Origin: an uncultured virus (IMG/VR IMGVR_UViG_3300025641_000004)
Taxonomy: Duplodnaviria; Heunggongvirae; Uroviricota; Caudoviricetes
DNA: 58,991 nucleotides
IMG/VR virus record: IMGVR_UViG_3300025641_000004
Direction: 5' to 3' (one strand)
The notes beneath the pieces were generated by a model. It searched no databases and was not told the origin of the DNA. It worked only from the letters and a program-made list of their open reading frames with translations. A program made the position numbers and the translations under genes. Shown here piece by piece: positions 19,955 through 28,628 of this stretch. Numbering within the stretch: position 1 is the first letter of the stretch; the number at the start of each line of letters is the position of its first letter.

Positions 19955-20017
19955 CAAACCCTTATTCTACGGGGGTTCCAGAACAAAATGTGCATTTTGT
20001 GAATTATTTTATTTACA
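19955..20017 (+). repeat. 63-bp dispersed repeat, copy 1, upstream of an early promoter
   Basis: 61/63 identical to 58871-58933; contains palindrome ACAAAATG-TG-CATTTTGT. Confidence 0.9.
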
Positions 20018-20040
20018 TTCTATGCTTTTTAGAGTATAAT
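20012..20040 (+). promoter_or_regulatory. sigma70-like early promoter
   Basis: TTTACA-N17-TATAAT. Confidence 0.8.
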
Positions 20041-20084
20041 ATATCTACAAGGACGGCACGAGAATAGCCAACCACCACTATATC

Positions 20085-22442
20085 ATGATTAAAGAACCAC
20101 ACGTTATTAAACCAAAGCCTGACCGCACTATTATTAATATAGACGCTCAGAAACAGCTTGCCAAATTATTAGCCACTGAAGATATTCAAGTGACTGTTGG
20201 CAATTTTAAGACAGCCTATTTTGATGTTAAAAATCGAGTTCTTGGATTGCCTGCGTGGAATACCGATACTAAAGAGGTTTCCGACCTGCTGGTTGGCCAT
20301 GAAGTTGGTCATGCTCTATTTACTCCTGAGGATGGAATTACTAAATTTAAAGAGCGTTATCCAAAACTCCCTTTTGACATTGCCAACATTGTTGAAGATA
20401 TTAGGATTGAAAAGATGATCCAATTTAAATATCCTGGCCTTATTAAATCCTTTAATGATGGATACTCCTATTTTAAAGAAAACGATCTTTTTGAAATTAA
20501 AGATAAGGATGTGAATGCTTTAGGATTCATTGATCGTATTAACCTTAAAGGTAAATTAAGAGATCTTATTGATGTCCAATTCTCCGATGAGGAAACCGTA
20601 TTATTTGATAAGGTTAACCGGTGTAAAACCTATGATGATGTATTGGACGTTATTCAAGAGCTTGCTGATTTTATTGAGAAAGAGGAAGAGAAAAACCCCA
20701 AAGAAAAGGCAAAACAGCCTTCTGATGACGGCGAGGATAACCAAATGTCTAACGATTCAGAATCAGGTGACGATGATTTAGAATCAGAAGATGATGATGG
20801 CGATTCCTCTTCAAAATCCTCAGAAGATAAAAACTCATCTCCAGATACTAATACATCACATGGTGGAAACTCTGGAGGACAGCTTCACAGTAAAGAAGAA
20901 GAAACCTCAGAAGCGTTTAAATCAGAAACTCAAGATTCATTAGATAAACACCTTGAGGATCTTGGTGAAATGGCATCCAATGAAACTATCCTAAATAAAT
21001 TTCCTGAAAAAAATGTGGGAAATTTAGTACACTCCCTCGATGACGTTCGCACGGCGCGTAAAGCCAGTATTCATTATGATACTATTATGAATGATCCAAT
21101 GGTTCACGAAAAGTGGGCCTTGTTTAAGAATTCTACAAAGAAAAATGTAAATATCCTTTGTAAAGAATTTGAAAGGCGAAAAGCCGCACATTCATATTCA
21201 AGATCTACACAAGCTAGAACCGGAGCCATCAATGTAAACAAATTGCATAGTTACCAATATGATGATCAGATTTTTAAATCGGTAACCAACCTTGCTGATT
21301 CTAAAAACCACGGAATGAATATTTTTATTGATAACTCAGGAAGCATGGGTAATTGCATCAGCGATGTTATTAAACAGACTATTCAATTGGTTATGTTTTG
21401 TAAGACGGTTGATATTCCGTTCTCTGTTTATAGTTTCACCAGTAAATCCGGTAGAGCCTTTTTGGAAAATGGTAAGTATATTAGAAAATACGAAAATAAA
21501 AACGACTTCTTTAGAAATAATTTCCAATACGGAAATAACCTTGATATCTTTACTACCGAGGTTTGTGAGTTAATGAATTCCTCTTTAAAGAAATCTAAAT
21601 ATGAAACTGCTTTAAAAGAATTATATATTCAAAGCGGTGCAATATTTTCAGATGGAGATAAATATGATAAGCTATCCATTCAAATAAATCAACCGTATGG
21701 CACTAGAACATATCAGACTAACCTATATTTGGAACATAACTGTATGAATTCTGAATTAGAAGAGATGGGCGGCACTCCTCTTATTGAAACTTTAATCATG
21801 GCTCACGGCCTTATCAAAAATTTCAGGAAAACGCATAATGTTGAAAAAATGACAACTGTATTTTTAACAGATGGCGAAGGCCAAACTCCTCACTCTCATT
21901 CTACCGAGCCAAAAGTAGAGGATGAAGAAAATCAAATGTATTCAAATTCTAAAGACCCTTGGGGAAATTACCGATATATTAAAATAGGAAAAGATACTGT
22001 TGATATTAGTCGCCAAAACCCGAATGCATATTCTGATGTTGTAAAAAGTATTAAGAAGGACACCGGCTCTAAGATGATTGGATTCTTCTTAACTTCAAGT
22101 CCGGCAAATGGCAGAAATCATTCATTCGGCGCATTGGCTCATATTAAAAATCTACGTAAGTGGGAATATATTGACAAGTGTAAAAATGAAGCTAAGAAAC
22201 TAAAAAGCAACTGTTATGCTATTGAAAATGGATATAACTATGATACCTATTTCGTTATTGATAACCTTAAATCCTTAAAAATAAATGATGAAGAAGAATT
22301 TCAAGTGCCAGACACCGTTGATACTGAAGATCTTAACAAAGCCGCGAATAGAAGTAAATTGGCAACCTCCTTTAAGAAGTTTAATACCACTAAACGACAG
22401 AGCCGAATTTTCCTTAATAAATTCATTGACACGGTGATTTAA
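20085..22442 (+). CDS. HEXXH metallopeptidase-like + VWA (CobT-like) protein
   Basis: GHEVGHAL, NIVED.RIE, acidic linker, MIDAS-like DNSGSM, GGTPL, FLTDGE. Confidence 0.8.
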   Translation: MIKEPHVIKPKPDRTIINIDAQKQLAKLLATEDIQVTVGNFKTAYFDVKNRVLGLPAWNTDTKEVSDLLVGHEVGHALFTPEDGITKFKERYPKLPFDIANIVEDIRIEKMIQFKYPGLIKSFNDGYSYFKENDLFEIKDKDVNALGFIDRINLKGKLRDLIDVQFSDEETVLFDKVNRCKTYDDVLDVIQELADFIEKEEEKNPKEKAKQPSDDGEDNQMSNDSESGDDDLESEDDDGDSSSKSSEDKNSSPDTNTSHGGNSGGQLHSKEEETSEAFKSETQDSLDKHLEDLGEMASNETILNKFPEKNVGNLVHSLDDVRTARKASIHYDTIMNDPMVHEKWALFKNSTKKNVNILCKEFERRKAAHSYSRSTQARTGAINVNKLHSYQYDDQIFKSVTNLADSKNHGMNIFIDNSGSMGNCISDVIKQTIQLVMFCKTVDIPFSVYSFTSKSGRAFLENGKYIRKYENKNDFFRNNFQYGNNLDIFTTEVCELMNSSLKKSKYETALKELYIQSGAIFSDGDKYDKLSIQINQPYGTRTYQTNLYLEHNCMNSELEEMGGTPLIETLIMAHGLIKNFRKTHNVEKMTTVFLTDGEGQTPHSHSTEPKVEDEENQMYSNSKDPWGNYRYIKIGKDTVDISRQNPNAYSDVVKSIKKDTGSKMIGFFLTSSPANGRNHSFGALAHIKNLRKWEYIDKCKNEAKKLKSNCYAIENGYNYDTYFVIDNLKSLKINDEEEFQVPDTVDTEDLNKAANRSKLATSFKKFNTTKRQSRIFLNKFIDTVI

Positions 22443-22486
22443 TAGGAAAAAATGTGAAAATAAATGCATTTTCTATCATTATTTTA

Positions 22487-22515
22487 TTTACATTCACTAA
22501 GATTTAGTTTATAAT
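22487..22515 (+). promoter_or_regulatory. sigma70-like early promoter
   Basis: TTTACA-N17-TATAAT; flanks shared with the 20012 promoter (TTATTTTATTTACATTC, TATAATATATCTACAAGGA). Confidence 0.8.
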
Positions 22516-22576
22516 ATATCTACAAGGAAGGGAACGGATTCGCTAAGTACCTCCCATTACACCATCAAATTACATT

Positions 22577-23797
22577 ATGAAAAAAGACACCACAAATACG
22601 CAGAAGCCTGAGTCCAACTATGACACTGTAATGTCAGAATTAGAACAAGCAGTCTCAACATATCCAATCGTTAAAACGAAGGATATTTACACACACGCTA
22701 GAGCCCACGGTTATAGTTACAATAGTGCCAAAGAAACCTTTATGCACTCCGGCCCAAAGCGAGGTGAATGGGACATGCGCAATGTCTGCCTAACTAAGCC
22801 TACGCAAAAGAAAGCTTCGGTGGCTCAACCTCAGCAAAGTAACTCTGCTGATGAGAATTTCAAATTTGCCACTTCGGTCCAATCGGTTTCCAATGACGAT
22901 GTTTATATCCCAGAGGTAGATCCTAACTTTATTTCATGGGGCGACTTCTCAAAGATTAAGAAGATTATCGACTCAAAACAATTTTTCCCTCTGTACATTA
23001 GTGGAATGTCAGGAAACGGGAAAACAATGATGGTTGAACAAGCCTGCGCAAAGGCAAAGCGCGAATATGTTCGAGTACAGATATCACCAGAAACTGATGA
23101 AGACGATCTGATTGGTGGTTTTCGTCTCATCAATGGTGAGACTGTATTCCAAAAAGGACCGGTACTAAAAGCCATGGAAGCTGGATGTATACTATTGATC
23201 GACGAAATGGACCGAGGTTCAAATAAGATCATGTGTCTCCAAGGCGTCTTGGAAGGTAAGCCGGTGATGGTGAAAAAAACGGGTGGCGTAGTTCACCCCG
23301 CTCCTGGGTTCAACGTTATTGCAACGGCGAATACTAAGGGGCGGGGTGCCGATGATGGACGATACTCTGCCGCACAAATCATTGATGATGCTTTCGTAGA
23401 ACGATTCGTAGCAAGTATCGATCAGCCCTTCCCCGCATATAATGTCGAACTAAAAATTATTAAGAAGCATATGACTTCATGCGATGTCAGAGGGCACGAT
23501 GATTTTGCTGATAAACTCGTCAGCTGGGGCGCAGTTATCCGTAAGACTTACGAAAGTGAAGGCGTTGACGAATTAATCTCAACTCGCCGACTATGCCACA
23601 TTGTTAAAGCTCTTTCAATCTTTAACAATCGCCTTGAAGCAATTAAGATGTGTATCACCCGATTCGAAGATGAGACTAAGGAAGCTTTCCTCGATCTCTA
23701 TACCAAGATTGATACAAATCAAATTGACAAAGATATGAATTTCACGACTGACGAAAACTCGACTGACGAAAACTCTAGTGATACTAGCCAACACTAA
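22577..23797 (+). CDS. CobS/MoxR-like AAA+ ATPase
   Basis: GMSGNGKT, ETDEDDLIGG, LLIDEMD, ATANTKG, ISTRRL; partner of the upstream VWA protein. Confidence 0.88.
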   Translation: MKKDTTNTQKPESNYDTVMSELEQAVSTYPIVKTKDIYTHARAHGYSYNSAKETFMHSGPKRGEWDMRNVCLTKPTQKKASVAQPQQSNSADENFKFATSVQSVSNDDVYIPEVDPNFISWGDFSKIKKIIDSKQFFPLYISGMSGNGKTMMVEQACAKAKREYVRVQISPETDEDDLIGGFRLINGETVFQKGPVLKAMEAGCILLIDEMDRGSNKIMCLQGVLEGKPVMVKKTGGVVHPAPGFNVIATANTKGRGADDGRYSAAQIIDDAFVERFVASIDQPFPAYNVELKIIKKHMTSCDVRGHDDFADKLVSWGAVIRKTYESEGVDELISTRRLCHIVKALSIFNNRLEAIKMCITRFEDETKEAFLDLYTKIDTNQIDKDMNFTTDENSTDENSSDTSQH

Positions 23798-23840
23798 TAA
23801 ACAACAAACGGCTATAACAACAAAAACAAAAACAACAAAT

Positions 23841-24098
23841 ATGAATAAACAACAAATTGCTAAATTCCGCACGCTCGTTAAACGCAACACTCAATCAGAC
23901 GCTGTTGCCGAATGTCTTAACCGAGGCGAAGAGTTCTCAGTTGAAGATGCAAAAATGGCTGGCATTGGCGATCCCCGCCGTGTCGTAAATCGCCTTCGCA
24001 CAGAGCGAGGTGTTAAGATTTACTCTAACTCTCACCGCCTACGCGGCGGTACTACCGTTAAGCGATACACCCTAGTTAGTCCTAAGGCAAAACGTTAA
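23841..24098 (+). CDS. small basic putative winged-helix DNA-binding protein
   Basis: Likely start ATG 23841; basic helix PRRVVNRLR followed by a beta-hairpin. Confidence 0.55.
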   Translation: MNKQQIAKFRTLVKRNTQSDAVAECLNRGEEFSVEDAKMAGIGDPRRVVNRLRTERGVKIYSNSHRLRGGTTVKRYTLVSPKAKR

Positions 24099-24116
24099 TA
24101 GACGGTAATAATAGTG

Positions 24117-24158
24117 CCGTGTCAGGGTTGTGGTGGTCCTGACACGGTTACTTTTTTT
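24117..24158 (+). terminator. Rho-independent terminator
   Basis: CCGTGTCAGG...CCTGACACGG followed by TTACTTTTTTT. Confidence 0.85.
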
Positions 24159-24159
24159 A

Positions 24160-24188
24160 TTTACAAATCACTACAATTAGAATATAAT
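24160..24188 (+). promoter_or_regulatory. sigma70-like promoter for gp45
   Basis: TTTACA-N17-TATAAT, 6 nt before ATG 24195. Confidence 0.8.
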
Positions 24189-24194
24189 ATCATT

Positions 24195-24866
24195 ATGACA
24201 ACGTTATCAAACGACACCTTAAACATCCTAAAGAACTTCTCAGATATCAATCCAAATTTGGTTGTTAAGCCTGGGAATTCTCTAAGCACAATCGCCGAAG
24301 CAAAGAATATTTTTGCAGTAGCTGAAATTACAGAAACCTTTGAATCTCAATTTGGAATCTATGATCTTAACGAATTTATCAATGTAGTTAACTTGGTAGA
24401 TGAACCTGAGCTTTCCTTTAACGGCGAATCAGTAACTCTACAAAATGGAAAAGCTAAAGCATCTTATCGCTTCGCCGATGAAAGCATTCTCACTTCGCCT
24501 CAAAACGAAATCACAATGCCATCAACTGAAGTAAGTGTATCAATCAGTGGTAATACTTTAACTCAAATTAGGAGTGCGGCTCGTGTTATGAACCATGCTA
24601 TCGTCTCGCTAAAAGGTGAAGATGGCGTAGTTACTTTAGCCGTAGTTGATCCAAAGAACCCAACAGCAAACACATTTTCAATCATTCTCGATGAAGACAA
24701 CGAATGCAAATCATCCTTTGATCTGCAGTTCCTCATCGCGAATTTAAAAGTTCTTAGCGGAGACTATAATGTAAAAATTAGTTCAAAGCTAATCAGTGAG
24801 TGGATAAATACATCAGTGCCTGTAAAATATTACATCGCTCTTGAAAAAACATCAACTTACAACTAA
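24195..24866 (+). CDS. 45: sliding clamp gp45
   Basis: LKNFSDIN, FGIYDLNEF, YYIALE; start moved to 24195 because the longer ORF runs through a terminator and promoter. Confidence 0.93.
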   Translation: MTTLSNDTLNILKNFSDINPNLVVKPGNSLSTIAEAKNIFAVAEITETFESQFGIYDLNEFINVVNLVDEPELSFNGESVTLQNGKAKASYRFADESILTSPQNEITMPSTEVSVSISGNTLTQIRSAARVMNHAIVSLKGEDGVVTLAVVDPKNPTANTFSIILDEDNECKSSFDLQFLIANLKVLSGDYNVKISSKLISEWINTSVPVKYYIALEKTSTYN

Positions 24867-24905
24867 ACTAGTAAAGTAAAAACAACAAAACAACAAAACA
24901 TAATT

Positions 24906-25181
24906 ATGGAAAACGAAGAAAATACCGCAACGGAAACCCCTGAAACTGTCGAAATTAACCTTGGAGCAGTAGCAATGGTATGTAGAGTAATCGCAGCATG
25001 TACAGAGCGTGGCGCGATTAAAGCAGAAGAAATGTCAACCGTTGGTCAAGTATTTGATTATATGCGCGCATTCCTTCCCGCACCAGAAGCTAAAGCTGAA
25101 GGCGAAGAAGCTGAAGGCGAAGAAGCTGAAGGCGAAGAAGCAACCGCTGAATCCGATATTCTTGAGCCGGTAGAAGCCTAA
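24906..25181 (+). CDS. hypothetical acidic protein
   Basis: 91-aa ORF with ERGAIKAEEM motif and an AEGEE x3 tail. Confidence 0.7.
   Translation: MENEENTATETPETVEINLGAVAMVCRVIAACTERGAIKAEEMSTVGQVFDYMRAFLPAPEAKAEGEEAEGEEAEGEEATAESDILEPVEA
25095..25139 (+). repeat. 15-bp tandem repeat x3 (GCTGAAGGCGAAGAA)
   Basis: Read directly; encodes AEGEE x3. Confidence 0.9.
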
Positions 25182-25206
25182 ACAAAAATTGACTTAAATT
25201 TATATT

Positions 25207-26142
25207 ATGACTGAAACACTTTGGTGCGAAAAGTATCGCCCAACCACGATTGACGATTGTATCCTTCCTAACGAATTAAAGAAAACATTTAATTCTATTG
25301 TTAAATCAGGAGAGGTTCACAACATGTTATTGACCGGCTCAGCTGGTCTTGGAAAAACAACTGTAGCAAAAGCATTATGCAATCAACTTAATCTTGACTA
25401 TATGTTAATCAACGGTTCGGAAGAATCCGGTATTGATGTATTAAGAAATAAGATTAAGCAGTTTGCTAGTAGCGTTAGTCTTGGCGGCGGTTTAAAGGTA
25501 ATCATTCTTGATGAGGCTGATTATCTTAACGCCCAAAGTACACAGCCTGCTTTGCGCGGTTTCATTGAGGAGTTTTCTAATAACTGTAGGTTTATCTTAA
25601 CTTGCAATTTTAAGAATCGAATCATTGAGCCGTTGCATAGCAGGTGTTCAGTCATTGAGTTTAATACAAATAAAAAGGATCTTGCCACACTTGCTGGTAA
25701 GTTCCTATCGCGTTTAAAAACTATATTAGATAAGGAAGGCATTAAGTATGAAGATAAAATACTAGCCGAACTTATTATTAGATATGCTCCAGATTGGAGA
25801 AGGATTATTGGTGAGTGCCAACGATATGGAGCAGGCGGTGAAATCCAGCCAACTGTTTTACTTGGAGTATCTGATTCTAATATTTCTGAGGTTATTACTT
25901 TCCTAAAGTCAAAAGACTTTAAAGGAATGCGAGGATGGGTATGCAATAATACATCTCTTGATAGTACTGTTGTATTTAGAAAGATATACGATTCATTATA
26001 TGATTATGCAGATCCTTCATCTATTCCTTCTGCAGTTTTAATCATTGCCGATTATAGTTACAAAGCAGCGTTCTGTGGTGATAAAGAAATCAACATGGTT
26101 GCCTGTTTAGTAGAGTTAATGGCAAACATTAAATGGAAGTAA
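25207..26142 (+). CDS. 44: clamp loader large subunit gp44
   Basis: WCEKYRP, GSAGLGKTT, ILDEAD, SRC. Confidence 0.96.
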   Translation: MTETLWCEKYRPTTIDDCILPNELKKTFNSIVKSGEVHNMLLTGSAGLGKTTVAKALCNQLNLDYMLINGSEESGIDVLRNKIKQFASSVSLGGGLKVIILDEADYLNAQSTQPALRGFIEEFSNNCRFILTCNFKNRIIEPLHSRCSVIEFNTNKKDLATLAGKFLSRLKTILDKEGIKYEDKILAELIIRYAPDWRRIIGECQRYGAGGEIQPTVLLGVSDSNISEVITFLKSKDFKGMRGWVCNNTSLDSTVVFRKIYDSLYDYADPSSIPSAVLIIADYSYKAAFCGDKEINMVACLVELMANIKWK

Positions 26143-26582
26143 TGAGCAAAGTTAAAAAACTTTCCTTCTTTGATATTTTAAATAATATTAATGCTGGTTC
26201 TAAAGCTCCGGATATTCTTAAAGGTGTAACTGCTGATTCTAGTGAAACCTTACCAGACCCTGATAGTCCTGAGAAAGCTTATACTCCATTTATGATTAAC
26301 CGAGGGTTATCTCAGTTTAATGATACTATTCTATTTGCTAATGAGATGAATATGAATTATCATCTCCCTGCTAGAATGCAATATGATTTTTATAAGAACG
26401 TATTACGTCCTCGTAAAAGATTTAGTAAATGGTTTAAAGCAATTCCTGACAGTAATGATATTAAAATTATCATGGATCACTATGGATATAGTTCTGAGAA
26501 AGCGCGCGATGTATTGGATTTATTTAATAAAGAAGAGTTAAAAGCTTTACATCGTCATCATGACAAAGGTGGAAAAGCATAA
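26142..26582 (+). CDS. 62: clamp loader small subunit gp62
   Basis: YTPFMINRGLS, ANEMN, QYDF, YGYS; TAATG coupling to gp44. Confidence 0.9.
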   Translation: MSKVKKLSFFDILNNINAGSKAPDILKGVTADSSETLPDPDSPEKAYTPFMINRGLSQFNDTILFANEMNMNYHLPARMQYDFYKNVLRPRKRFSKWFKAIPDSNDIKIIMDHYGYSSEKARDVLDLFNKEELKALHRHHDKGGKA

Positions 26583-26594
26583 TAAATAATTATA

Positions 26595-27026
26595 ATGAAC
26601 ATTGATAATGAAAAAATAAAAAGTTGGTCTCCTGATGAAATGCTTGAGATCTATTTGTCTGAGCCAGACGATTTTCTTAAGGTAAAAGAAACCCTTACTC
26701 GAATTGGAGTCTCTTCTCAAAGGGAAGAAAACACTTTATTTCAAAGTTGCCATATTCTTCATAAGCAAGGGCGATACTTTATTCTACACTTTAAAGAACT
26801 ATTTTTACTTGATGGTAAACCTTCTAATTTTACTGAAGAAGATTTTAAAAGAAGGAACACTATAACAACTCTCTTATCTGATTGGGGTTTGCTAGAATTA
26901 GTAAACTATACTCATGCTAGTGAAAAGACCAACTTAAAACAAATTAAAATTGTACCATTCAAAGAGAAGAAGAATTGGACTCTTAATTCCAAATATAATA
27001 TTGGTAATGTAAAGAAAAAATCTTAG
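26595..27026 (+). CDS. regA: translational repressor RegA
   Basis: DDFLKVKETLTRIG, QSCHILHKQGRYFILHFKELF. Confidence 0.96.
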   Translation: MNIDNEKIKSWSPDEMLEIYLSEPDDFLKVKETLTRIGVSSQREENTLFQSCHILHKQGRYFILHFKELFLLDGKPSNFTEEDFKRRNTITTLLSDWGLLELVNYTHASEKTNLKQIKIVPFKEKKNWTLNSKYNIGNVKKKS

Positions 27027-27029
27027 TAT

Positions 27030-27037
27030 TATAAATA
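27030..27037 (+). promoter_or_regulatory. T4-type late promoter
   Basis: TATAAATA, 5 nt before ATG 27043. Confidence 0.8.
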
Positions 27038-27042
27038 AAAAC

Positions 27043-27087
27043 ATGAGTACTGAGAAATATTTGTTACCAAACGAGAAGAAGCGTTTA
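27043..27087 (+). repeat. 45-bp leader repeat (other copies 27387-27431 identical, 28021-28065 with 4 mismatches)
   Basis: ATGAGTACTGAGAAATATTTGTTACCAAACGAGAAGAAGCGTTTA. Confidence 0.95.
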
Positions 27088-27369
27088 TACGAATCTATTA
27101 CAATTCCAAAGAAAAAAGAAGAGGTTCTGAAACTAATTAAGGATGCTCCTAAAACAAAAGCAACTTCTAAAGATACCAATAATCTATGGAACAAAATATC
27201 CACTTCTTTAGTAGGTCCACTTGAAGATTTAATGTATGAAAAACCATATGATAAAGCATATAGTGCTGGATATAATGGTGATAAAGAACCAAAGAATCCA
27301 TTTAAAAAAGATACATTAGCTTACTGGTTCTTTACTAATTTATATACTCAAGGGAGTAACGATAATTAA
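27043..27369 (+). CDS. putative internal head protein with MSTEKYLLPNEKK leader (copy 1)
   Basis: Late promoter; shared leader ending in L-X-E. Confidence 0.65.
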   Translation: MSTEKYLLPNEKKRLYESITIPKKKEEVLKLIKDAPKTKATSKDTNNLWNKISTSLVGPLEDLMYEKPYDKAYSAGYNGDKEPKNPFKKDTLAYWFFTNLYTQGSNDN

Positions 27370-27386
27370 TTTTTAAAAATAAAACC

Positions 27387-27740
27387 ATGAGTACTGAGAA
27401 ATATTTGTTACCAAACGAGAAGAAGCGTTTAGATGAAGAAACATTATCTGAAGCTAAAGTGCCATCTGACTATTTAGATTTCCAAAGCGATGATAAAAGT
27501 TATAAAGTTTATCAAGCAGATAATAATGGAGAATCTTCTGTAAGACCCGCCGAAAAGGCAAGTAAAAATTGGCCGACTGGTGCTCCAGTAACTAAGACTT
27601 TTAAAAAAGTTTCATCTGCTCCAATTCCAAAAGGTGAGTTCTGGGTTTTAGAATCTGATAAAAGTTTTTATTGGATGGTTAACGGCACTTGGTATTCGAT
27701 CAGTAAAAAAGACCATCCCCGCCCACCATTTGATTATTAA
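27387..27740 (+). CDS. putative internal head protein with MSTEKYLLPNEKK leader (copy 2)
   Basis: Identical leader, unrelated body. Confidence 0.65.
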   Translation: MSTEKYLLPNEKKRLDEETLSEAKVPSDYLDFQSDDKSYKVYQADNNGESSVRPAEKASKNWPTGAPVTKTFKKVSSAPIPKGEFWVLESDKSFYWMVNGTWYSISKKDHPRPPFDY

Positions 27741-27995
27741 ATGAAAAGCTTTAAACAATATTTAGAGGGATTGCGTATTGCTTATACTCCAGCTCAACAA
27801 AAAGCGATGGATAAAAGGACAAATGCGATGAATTCAGATCTTAAGAAAAAGTTTAAAGCTGGAAAGATTTCAATTAAATGGTCTCAGACAAGAGGCGGTC
27901 ACGCTATCTTTGTTAAAGGTAGAATGGAAGGTCCTCTCTTTGATTCTGAAGATGACGCTGAAAAATATTTAAAAAAACTCGGTATTCGAGTATAA
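27741..27995 (+). CDS. small basic protein with T4 CTS-like leader MKSFKQYLE
   Basis: N-terminus resembles T4 internal-protein capsid targeting sequence MKTYQEFIAE. Confidence 0.65.
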   Translation: MKSFKQYLEGLRIAYTPAQQKAMDKRTNAMNSDLKKKFKAGKISIKWSQTRGGHAIFVKGRMEGPLFDSEDDAEKYLKKLGIRV

Positions 27996-27997
27996 AT
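27957..27997 (+). repeat. 41-bp direct repeat, second copy at 28495-28535
   Basis: GCTGAAAAATATTTAAAAAAACTCGG(T/A)ATTCGAGTATAAAT, one mismatch. Confidence 0.9.
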
Positions 27998-28007
27998 TAA
28001 ATTAAAA

Positions 28008-28015
28008 TATAAATA
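28008..28015 (+). promoter_or_regulatory. T4-type late promoter
   Basis: TATAAATA, 5 nt before ATG 28021. Confidence 0.8.
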
Positions 28016-28020
28016 AAATC

Positions 28021-28473
28021 ATGAGTACTGAGAAATATTTGTTGCCAAACGAGAAGAAGTGTCTGGATGAAGCAAAACTTGCAGGTAAAAATAGAGAACG
28101 GCTTGATAGTTTAATCTCTTTATATGTCACGGCAACAGATCCCGAGGCAGATTATTATTATGATGGAGATGTTCCTGATGCTGAAAAGATTTTAAATGAT
28201 ATTAAAAAAGAATTTGGATCAAAAATTGCCAAAGATGTTGGTAATGGAACAAATATTTTCCATTATGGTAGAGATAATAATCAAGGAGGTCGCTTAACAT
28301 ACGGGGATGCGACAAAACAGCGTGGCGCAAGACGTATCACAAAAGGTGGTAAAATTAATAAGCAGGACGCAGCAAAACTTAAAAAGGATATTAAAGATAT
28401 TTTAAAGAATACAAAATTAAATACTGCTTATCGATCACATAAGTTAAAAGGAAAATTACCAGAGAGTAATTAA
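28021..28473 (+). CDS. putative internal head protein with MSTEKYLLPNEKK leader (copy 3)
   Basis: Leader ends CLDEA; unrelated basic body. Confidence 0.65.
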   Translation: MSTEKYLLPNEKKCLDEAKLAGKNRERLDSLISLYVTATDPEADYYYDGDVPDAEKILNDIKKEFGSKIAKDVGNGTNIFHYGRDNNQGGRLTYGDATKQRGARRITKGGKINKQDAAKLKKDIKDILKNTKLNTAYRSHKLKGKLPESN

Positions 28474-28528
28474 TAAAAAACCTTTGACACTGAAGCTGAA
28501 AAATATTTAAAAAAACTCGGAATTCGAG

Positions 28529-28536
28529 TATAAATA
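28529..28536 (+). promoter_or_regulatory. T4-type late promoter for hsp20
   Basis: TATAAATA at the end of the duplicated segment. Confidence 0.65.
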
Positions 28537-28541
28537 GATTT

Positions 28542-28628
28542 GTAATACGATACGTTTTCGTATTATAAAGAGGTGCCGAAAGGATCTCAATTAATAAAAA
28601 ATAACTCGCTTAATAAGGAGTTCAAAAT
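28542..28628 (+). promoter_or_regulatory. structured 5' UTR, ROSE-like RNA thermometer candidate
   Basis: Three hairpins; the last (28603-28622) pairs UCGCU with the SD AAGGAG, leaving a bulged G. Confidence 0.65.

Noticed and set aside
23745..23774. 15-bp tandem duplication at the end of the AAA ATPase gene
   Set aside because: In-frame slippage repeat in a disordered tail (TDENS x2).
24114..24194. Cys-containing N-terminal extension of gp45
   Set aside because: Region is a terminator plus promoter; real start is ATG 24195.
27043..28065. CRISPR-like array from the 45-bp repeats
   Set aside because: Repeats are coding gene starts separated by hundreds of bp; no cas genes.
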